NCBI RefSeq assembly: GCF_000025505.1
Contig: NC_013849.1
Coordinates: 480,001 to 512,000 of the forward strand
DNA length: 32,000 nucleotides
Direction of reading: 5' to 3'
DNA from: Ferroglobus placidus DSM 10642
GTDB lineage: Archaea > Halobacteriota > Archaeoglobi > Archaeoglobales > Archaeoglobaceae
Numbering within the stretch: position 1 is the stretch's first letter; each line of letters starts with the position of its first letter. The translations under genes and the position numbers were made by a program. This document shows, one piece after another, positions 21,810 through 27,635 of the stretch. The notes beneath the pieces are model-generated. The model made no database searches, was not told the DNA's origin, and was given only the letters and a program-made list of their open reading frames with translations.

Positions 21810-22814
21810 TCAAAAAGCTCTGATACTGTCAATAAATCTTAACCTCTTCGGAATTGGTGGGTGTGTTGACAGAAACTCTTGCATTGGTGAAACCCTTGCT
21901 TTCTTCAGCCTTTCTATGTCTATTCTTGATATTGGCTCAGCCACTGCATTAACGAAAGCGTATATAAACAGGGTTTTAAGCTTGCTTTCAGCAACAACAT
22001 CTGCATATCTCGGGTAGTGGTTGTAGAACAGATGTATTTTTGCAAGACTTCTCTGCATTGATTCTTTGCTTGTAGCTCTCACACCCTCAAAGTCCGCATA
22101 ATATTCTCTGAGTCTGCTGAAGGCAAGAACGAGTATCTGAACGATGAAAGACACTATGACAGCAGCAAAACCCACAGCTGCGAGCTGCATCCCCCTTCTG
22201 TCATCTCTGAAGGATGCATGAATCAGAGCATAGCCAAGGTAGAAGATTACAGATGGGAGAAGGCCAAATAGGAGCATAACAAGGTTGTCTCTGTGTTTGT
22301 GATGCCCGAGTTCATGACCAATTACAGCTTCCAGCTCATCTCTGTCAAGCATGTTTATAAGGCTGTCAGAAACTGCAACGTACTTTCCTGTCAGAATGTT
22401 TCCGTATGCAAAGGCATTTGGTGGGGAAGAAACAACTACTGCCTTAGGAGGATTTACGTTTAGTCTTCTCGCTACGTTGTTTACAACCATCTGCAGTGCT
22501 TCATCTCTCCTGGCCCCATAAGTTGCATTGATGATGAAGGGTGAAATCAGGTACATCAGCAGATTTATGGCAATGAGAAAGATGATAAGTCCATAAAAGC
22601 TGATGTAGTAGCCTGCAAAGCTCAGGATAACATATATTACGCCCGCCGAAATAGAAATAATAAGAATTGCCAGCAGAACCATTGAGGTTAGCAGAGAGAA
22701 GTTCCCCGAAACTCTGCTTGCAACCTTCGGGGCTACGGTGCTGGCCAACATCAGCATTACAGCATATCCGAGCATTGCCAGCAGTATGTAGATCGGGTCA
22801 AAGAGGAACATCAT
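21810..22814 (-). CDS. htpX: HtpX-family M48 zinc metalloprotease (membrane)
   Basis: 334 aa with four or more TM helices. It has the HEXXH motif in VIGHELGHHKHRD and the AFAYG..YVAVSDSLINML context typical of HtpX homologues. Confidence 0.85.
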   Translation of the reverse strand: MMFLFDPIYILLAMLGYAVMLMLASTVAPKVASRVSGNFSLLTSMVLLAILIISISAGVIYVILSFAGYYISFYGLIIFLIAINLLMYLISPFIINATYGARRDEALQMVVNNVARRLNVNPPKAVVVSSPPNAFAYGNILTGKYVAVSDSLINMLDRDELEAVIGHELGHHKHRDNLVMLLFGLLPSVIFYLGYALIHASFRDDRRGMQLAAVGFAAVIVSFIVQILVLAFSRLREYYADFEGVRATSKESMQRSLAKIHLFYNHYPRYADVVAESKLKTLFIYAFVNAVAEPISRIDIERLKKARVSPMQEFLSTHPPIPKRLRFIDSIRAF

Positions 22815-22914
22815 ATTGGATATTGTTGTGGATCGGATTATAAATTATTTTGAGGTTGCTTGGCGGGCTGTGCGGTAGAGCATCAGATGATACTGACCTT
22901 GTAGACTCCTTTCA

Positions 22915-24777
22915 TCAGTAGCACATCCCACTAATTTTTGGTATAAGCTCCTCGAATGCTGCCACTATCTCAACTTCCTTCCTCGTTTTGAGGAGGTTGA
23001 CCATGTACTCCACAAAATCATTCACAACCTCAGGGTCCTTCACGGGGAACCTGTCCTTGTCCCTTTTCAGGTTCAGCATCCTGATCACCTCATCCCTTCC
23101 TTCCTTCAAAAGCGTGCACACTATCTCCTTCGAAAGCTTCTTTGAAAGTATGCCAGCCTCCATGAACTCCCTCAGCCTTGCAATGTCTCCTGCTTCAACG
23201 CTAATTTTCTCCACCTCAGCAGATTTCACAGCAGCCCTGATCTCAACTGCAAGCTCTTCTCCTGCAGACATAAGCTCGCCCACAACCTCTCCGTACCTCC
23301 TGAGTATCAGCATCTCTCCCTCTCTGACAAGCAACAGCGGTTCCGGATGTATGCTCAGCCCCATGAAGTCGACAAAGCCTGGCTTGAAGTCAATGATTGC
23401 CCTGCCCTCTCTTTCTCCATCCATGCCCGCTCTTCCTCCCCATCCAAGGTCAGCCTCTTCCCCTCTCTCAGGAATGGATTTCCTGACCTTTGGCAGTCTT
23501 GCAAGCAGGTTTCTGGCAGCCTCCTCCTCTCCGTGAACGATGTATATCCTCCTCGGATAGTAGTCCATCCCCTCAACAAAGCCAACCAGCCCATCCTCAT
23601 CTGCGTGGGCTGAGAATGCACTAACATTCACAACATTGCACCTCACATCCACCTCATCACCATTCACGTACACAAGCTTATTTCCATCAACTATCTGCCT
23701 GCCAAGTGTCCCCTCCGCCTGATAGCCAACAAACAGGACTGTTGAGTTCTCATCCTGCAATATGTAAGGCAGGTGGTTCAGGACTCTCCCTCCCTCAAGC
23801 ATTCCGGATGCTGAGAGGATTATGCACGGCTCATTACTCTTAGCCAGCTCCCTGCTCCTGTTGTATGTTGTTACATACTCAAGCCCCTCAAACTCTATCG
23901 GGTTTTTCCCCCTCAGGAACAGCTCGTAAAACTCTTTTCTGAGCATGTTGCTGTAGCTTTTGTAGATATCCGTTACTCTGCTGCCAAGCGGTGTGTCGAG
24001 ATAAACCTTTACCCTGATTTTGTCCCTGAGATTCCTCAGAACATACAGGACCTCCTGCGCCCTTCCAACGGCAAACACTGGAATCAATACTTTACCACCG
24101 GCCTTTATCGTGTCGCTTATCACAGCCTTCATGGTTTCCACAGCTTTTGCCCTGTCCTCATGCCTTCTGTTCCCGTATGTTGACTCCATTATCAGCACAT
24201 CCGCCTCTTTTGGTGGGGTGGGAGGGTTCATGAGTGGAGAGGTGCCTGAACCTATGTCTCCAGTATAGCAGATTTGCAACCCGTTGATTCTGAGCAGTGT
24301 GACTGCAGAGCCAAGGATGTGGCCCGCATCGAGGAAGCTGAGCTTCACATCCTGCAGCCTTACGGGTTTGTTGTAGGGATAGGCGTCGAAATGAGACATC
24401 ACCTCAACAACATCCCTCTCATCAAAAAGGGGCGGGATGTTGCTTTTTTCGTACTCCTCCTTCATAATTTTTGCAGAATCAAGCAAGAGCAGCTCGGCTA
24501 TCGCCCTTGTTGCGGTTGTTGTTACAACCCTCCCCCTGAACCCCCTGAGGTAGAGGTAGGGGATCAGCCCTGAGTGGTCGATGTGGGCGTGGCTGAGTAT
24601 AATGTAGTCAATCTCGGATGGATCGAATGGGATGTGTTTTTCCCGCTCCACAGAATCAACTCCCTGCCTCATTCCACAGTCCAGCAGGATCTTCGTTTTA
24701 CCCGTATCAAGCAGGTGCATCGATCCGGTGACTTCCCTGCATGCTCCCAGAAATCTGATTTTAACCACACTCACCAC
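22915..24777 (-). CDS. Metallo-beta-lactamase / beta-CASP nuclease (CPSF/RNase J superfamily) with an unrecognised 175-aa C-terminal extension
   Basis: Motifs: FLGACREVTGS, LLDCG, HAHIDHSG (HxHxDH), DAGHILGSA, YTGDIG, ESTYG, beta-CASP IPVFAVGRAQE, SAFSAHAD and IVHGE. The canonical fold ends near aa 445 (..IPERGEEADLG). aa 446-620 (nt 22918-23442) have no motif I recognise. The start is GTG 24777 or 24768, after AGAGGTGGTGA. Confidence 0.85.
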   Translation of the reverse strand: MVSVVKIRFLGACREVTGSMHLLDTGKTKILLDCGMRQGVDSVEREKHIPFDPSEIDYIILSHAHIDHSGLIPYLYLRGFRGRVVTTTATRAIAELLLLDSAKIMKEEYEKSNIPPLFDERDVVEVMSHFDAYPYNKPVRLQDVKLSFLDAGHILGSAVTLLRINGLQICYTGDIGSGTSPLMNPPTPPKEADVLIMESTYGNRRHEDRAKAVETMKAVISDTIKAGGKVLIPVFAVGRAQEVLYVLRNLRDKIRVKVYLDTPLGSRVTDIYKSYSNMLRKEFYELFLRGKNPIEFEGLEYVTTYNRSRELAKSNEPCIILSASGMLEGGRVLNHLPYILQDENSTVLFVGYQAEGTLGRQIVDGNKLVYVNGDEVDVRCNVVNVSAFSAHADEDGLVGFVEGMDYYPRRIYIVHGEEEAARNLLARLPKVRKSIPERGEEADLGWGGRAGMDGEREGRAIIDFKPGFVDFMGLSIHPEPLLLVREGEMLILRRYGEVVGELMSAGEELAVEIRAAVKSAEVEKISVEAGDIARLREFMEAGILSKKLSKEIVCTLLKEGRDEVIRMLNLKRDKDRFPVKDPEVVNDFVEYMVNLLKTRKEVEIVAAFEELIPKISGMCY

Positions 24778-24910
24778 CTCTTTACCTCATACTCCTCGCT
24801 ACCTATCCCCAATCTCATCTCTCAACCCAATATCTTCCCGGCATCTTTATGGCTTTGTGGGAGCCATATCCACATGCATCCAGAACATCCAGGCATACAT
24901 CCAGCATGGC

Positions 24911-24930
24911 TGAAAAGAACAAAAACAAAG
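24911..24930 (-). terminator. Oligo-T tract directly after the Cas5-like RAMP gene
   Basis: The minus strand reads CTTTGTTTTTGTTCTTTTCA immediately after the stop at 24931-24933. A 153-nt gap separates the RAMP gene from the beta-CASP start. Confidence 0.4.
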
Positions 24931-25923
24931 CTAAACAACCACAAACTCTCCCTTTCCAAAGCTTGTTTTAGCCCCTATACCCCTAAGCTCGGCGATGGCA
25001 AGGCATTCGTAGAAAATCTCCGGCGGTTTTTCTGCAAACTCAACCTGCACCTTTGCCCCGGCAGGAATTGCCATGTCCTTCATAATCCTGTTCTTTCCCC
25101 CGTTTGGTGTCACCTTTCTGTGGAGCGACAAAACCGTTCTGGGGGGCAGGCATTCCTTCTTAACCCCCACAAATGGATCCTCATAGCTTTCATAATCCGG
25201 GTGGAAGTGCCTTCCGGCATTCTTCACCCCCGTGAGGATAGTCTCTCCCGTAAGCTCCCCGATGAAGTCGGAGATGAAGTGAAGGGTTAGCCTGTCCTTT
25301 CTTTCCAGCTCTCTTTCCAGCTCTCTTGCCCTCCTCCTGATATCCTCCAGCCTTATCATCCTGTAGTTCAGCCTGTCAATCCTGAAGTGCCCCTTCCCCT
25401 TTCCGCTCCTCCTCCCCAGCTTCAGCCCGTTCTCCTCTATCAGCTCCATTACTGCAACAAATTCCTCAGCATAATCCTCCCCCCTCCTCATATTAAGTAC
25501 AGCCTTAAACCTGTAGCTGTATCCGCGCGTAACCGCTTCAAGTCTGAAGGCCGACGTTTTTCCGGTCTTTCTGTCAACCCTCGTCTGGATGATTGTGCCT
25601 TTTCTGGTAGGATGCTTTAAAACCTGGCCGCATGTGCTGCACTTAAAGTTCTGAAACTTCTCAGCCACAAAGGGTAGAAGGAGTCCTCCGTCAGCATGAA
25701 GGGGAATTGCATCCTTGAAGTAGATTAGCGCTGCATTCTCGTCCAAAAAGCTCTTGCTCAATCCAGCATTAACATGCAGGAGTTCATACCCAACACTCCC
25801 CCTTATGTGCTGTCCCTGCGGATAGGGGTGGGTGGTGGAAAGTCCGTGTTTCTTGAAACCAGTTCCAAGGTGGTACTCGGTGATGTTGGTGATCACACCC
25901 TCAGCCACAAGAGCCACCTTCAT
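24931..25923 (-). CDS. Two-domain RAMP protein, Cas5 group-like (Csm4/Cmr3/Csf3-like) with a Zn-knuckle insert
   Basis: 330 aa. Motifs: N-terminal ITEYHLGTG..YPQGQHIRGSVGYELL, FKDAIPL, the insert FKCSTCGQ, VDRKTGKTSAFRLEAVTRGYSYRF, a first G-rich loop LGRRSGKGKGHFRI, and a second, terminal G-rich loop GIGAKTSFGKGEFVVV. ATG 25923 follows GAGGAGAGAGGT. Confidence 0.65.
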   Translation of the reverse strand: MKVALVAEGVITNITEYHLGTGFKKHGLSTTHPYPQGQHIRGSVGYELLHVNAGLSKSFLDENAALIYFKDAIPLHADGGLLLPFVAEKFQNFKCSTCGQVLKHPTRKGTIIQTRVDRKTGKTSAFRLEAVTRGYSYRFKAVLNMRRGEDYAEEFVAVMELIEENGLKLGRRSGKGKGHFRIDRLNYRMIRLEDIRRRARELERELERKDRLTLHFISDFIGELTGETILTGVKNAGRHFHPDYESYEDPFVGVKKECLPPRTVLSLHRKVTPNGGKNRIMKDMAIPAGAKVQVEFAEKPPEIFYECLAIAELRGIGAKTSFGKGEFVVV

Positions 25924-25988
25924 ACCTCTCTCCTCACGTTGCCCTCGCCTTTACCTCGCCTGCTTTTTTACTTCCCTGCTACAGCCTG

Positions 25989-26600
25989 CTACAGCTTTTC
26001 AAGGATGTTTCTGGCCTGCTTGAGGAAGTCCGTCCACTCCCTCTCCTGAATACTGAAATCTACCTTCACCCTTCCTCTTCCTCTCGTAACCCATCCCCCA
26101 ATTCCGAACTCCTCTATTGCCTTCAATCCAGCAACAATTAATTCCTTATCCCTCGGCTTCGGATCCACAACCCTTATTTTCCCCGTGAACACCGCTCCCT
26201 CCTCGATCTCCTCAATTTTGAGGGTGTTCGACACCACCCCATCCTCCCTGCTGATTCTGAGGTGCACTGATGGATGGACAATCTCCTTGTAAGATCTCTC
26301 AGAGACAAGGTCATCAATAATTGCTCTCCCCTTCTTCCCCAGAGATCCAAAGAGATCGCAGAGAACACATCTCCCGCATGGCTTTGCATCCTTCATCCCG
26401 GTATCACATACATTCTCGCCGTTCTCCCTCAGAATTCTCTCCAGATACCCCCTCAAAGCACCGTATATGGGGATTGCAACTCTCCCGTCCCCTGTTATTC
26501 TTGCAAGCTTTATATCTGCCTTCCTGTCCATTTTAATTTCTCCTGTCACTGCTGGCAAGGTTGTTGTGGCCTTTATATCGAACACCAGATACTTATTCAC
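25989..26600 (-). CDS. RAMP protein, Cas7 group-like (Csm3/Cmr4/Csf2-like)
   Basis: ORF-track 25989..26621, trimmed to GTG 26600, 3 nt after GGGGGTGAT. Signature order: YLVFDIKATTTLPAVTG, IPIYGALRGYLE (compare IPGSSxKGxxR), CGRCVLCDLFGS (compare CxxCxLFG), TLKIEEIEEGAVFTGKIRV, and GIGGWVTRGRGRVKV (G-rich loop). Confidence 0.75.
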   Translation of the reverse strand: MNKYLVFDIKATTTLPAVTGEIKMDRKADIKLARITGDGRVAIPIYGALRGYLERILRENGENVCDTGMKDAKPCGRCVLCDLFGSLGKKGRAIIDDLVSERSYKEIVHPSVHLRISREDGVVSNTLKIEEIEEGAVFTGKIRVVDPKPRDKELIVAGLKAIEEFGIGGWVTRGRGRVKVDFSIQEREWTDFLKQARNILEKL

Positions 26601-26637
26601 ACCATCACCCCCTACTCTCAAAAATACTCCTCACCAT

Positions 26638-26647
26638 TATTTAAATA
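26638..26647 (-). promoter_or_regulatory. TATA box of the RAMP gene pair
   Basis: TATTTAAATA is centred about 43 nt upstream of GTG 26600. That is consistent with a short SD-containing leader. It lies between the last degenerate repeat and the Cas7-like gene. Confidence 0.5.
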
Positions 26648-26680
26648 GTTTGCGTATATGTGTATAGTATCCTAAAGTCT

Positions 26681-26921
26681 TTGGATTCACTCTCCTTTGC
26701 AGCGTTATAGTGGTGAGCGAACCCGTCGATACGTTAGAATGTGGATTCATATCATCGTCTTCATCCTCTTTTGCAACCTCAGTGATGGTAGGAAGCTTCC
26801 AGAAAGCACAATTCTGTGGACTCGTATCATTGTCCTATCTCCCTTTGCAATTCTTGTGTATGAAGCAGCATACGACATCATAGAGTGGATTCGTATCATC
26901 ATCCTCATCTCCCTCTGCAAC
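26681..26921 (-). CRISPR. Degenerate mini-array: 4 repeats (~37 nt) and 3 spacers (33/38/37 nt)
   Basis: + strand units:
- R3 26885-26921 gtggattcgtatcatcatcctcatctccctctgcaac
- R2 26816-26851 gtggactcgtatcattgtcctatctccctttgcaat
- R1 26741-26777 gtggattcatatcatcgtcttcatcctcttttgcaac
- R0 26681-26703 ttggattcactctcctttgcagc (internal ~14-nt deletion)
The period is 69-75 bp. Decay increases away from the TATA-bearing AT-rich side at 26922-27024, so the array is probably transcribed on the - strand, like the RAMP genes. Confidence 0.5.
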
Positions 26922-26986
26922 CCCTACCATATATCTCTGTTTCTGTTTAAATACCTATATCCTTTCTCCTTCATAGCCAGAAGTGT

Positions 26987-27024
26987 GAAGTCCTCAAAAT
27001 GGGTTTAAGTATTTAAAGGACTTC
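26987..27024 (-). promoter_or_regulatory. 38-bp palindrome-flanked TATA element, copy B (putative leader promoter/operator of the mini-array)
   Basis: The minus strand reads GAAGTCCT-ttaaatacttaaacccattttg-AGGACTTC. The first repeat (R3) starts 65 nt downstream. A second TATA-like TATTTAAAC lies at about 26946-26954. Confidence 0.5.
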
Positions 27025-27135
27025 AAATCGAATCTGAGCAATTATGAGGTTTCTCTCAAGCAATCCGCCGGACATGGTTGCATATTACAATTTATTTATA
27101 CCTGAGGCCCGCCTGAAACAGATTTAACCTATCGC

Positions 27136-27447
27136 TCAGCCGCCACATGCAGCCACCAACAGGTTGTTGACAACCACCACAGTGTAGAGGATGACAAGCG
27201 CTGCAAGAATTGTAAGCAGGAAACCCGATCTCTCCCATTCATCCAGAAACTCCAGACCGCTCACAGCTCCCACACCCATGAGGAGAAAGAAGATGGAGGC
27301 GCAAAGCTTGCAGTTGGCGAATAGGCCGCTATCCATAACATCCCTCATGACTGGGTTCAGCTCGAACGCTCCGCTGGAGACGGCAAACACTGTTGTCAGG
27401 TAGTCCAGCGTGTTCAGTATTGAAAGCAGGATAAGGAGTAATGACAT
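27136..27447 (-). CDS. Small 3-4 TM membrane protein, DUF5658-like
   Basis: From ATG 27447: MSLLLILLSILNTLDYLTTVFAVSSGAFELNPVMRDVM..FANCKLCASIFFLL... The LDxxTT...G..E.NP pattern fits that family, as I recall it. The ORF-track start at 27591 would add a 48-aa Gly/Pro/Asn-rich N-terminus. Confidence 0.55.
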   Translation of the reverse strand: MSLLLILLSILNTLDYLTTVFAVSSGAFELNPVMRDVMDSGLFANCKLCASIFFLLMGVGAVSGLEFLDEWERSGFLLTILAALVILYTVVVVNNLLVAACGG

Positions 27448-27635
27448 CGTGTACCTTGGCCCGAGTCCGGGTTTGGGTTTAAGCCTCAGTCCTGGTCTCG
27501 GTATCGGCAGCAGTATCGGCGGCAGTTTCAGATTTCTGTCGCCGTTACCGTTGCTGTTGCGGTTACAATCTTTCCCATCTCCATCCACCACGCAATACCC
27601 TCCATTCAGCGTTCTGTAGCACCACTACACCCTCA

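Noticed and set aside
24790-24910. Triple CTGGATG motif and a 6-bp inverted repeat (agccat..atggct) in the gap between the RAMP and beta-CASP genes, as a possible regulatory RNA or operator
   Set aside because: The motifs are short and the stem is weak, with a ~38-nt loop. No second copy occurs elsewhere in the window. I note it only as part of the 153-nt gap.
22988-25290. + strand ORFs 22988..23536, 23347..23613, 24020..24268, 24274..24573, 24574..25290 and 24632..24913
   Set aside because: All are antisense to the well-supported beta-CASP and RAMP genes. They have Ser/Pro/Leu-biased composition and lack start signals.
26704-26740. A spacer containing acgggttcgctcacc that resembles a tRNA T-arm. 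I considered it as a possible guide against the nearby tRNA-Ala.
   Set aside because: It does not fold into a T-stem/loop, and it does not match the tRNA-Ala sequence at 30327-30400 on either strand.
26697-27008. ORF-track + strand ORF (103 aa) whose product would contain three hydrophobic repeats (WIHIIVFILFCNL / WTRIIVLSPFAIL / WIRIIILISLCNP)
   Set aside because: It is the translation of the direct repeats themselves. It starts at TTG with no SD or TATA in front. All repeat-to-repeat differences are non-synonymous, and the unit spacing of 69-75 bp with unrelated 33-38 nt spacers fits an array better. I keep it as the main alternative explanation for the array.
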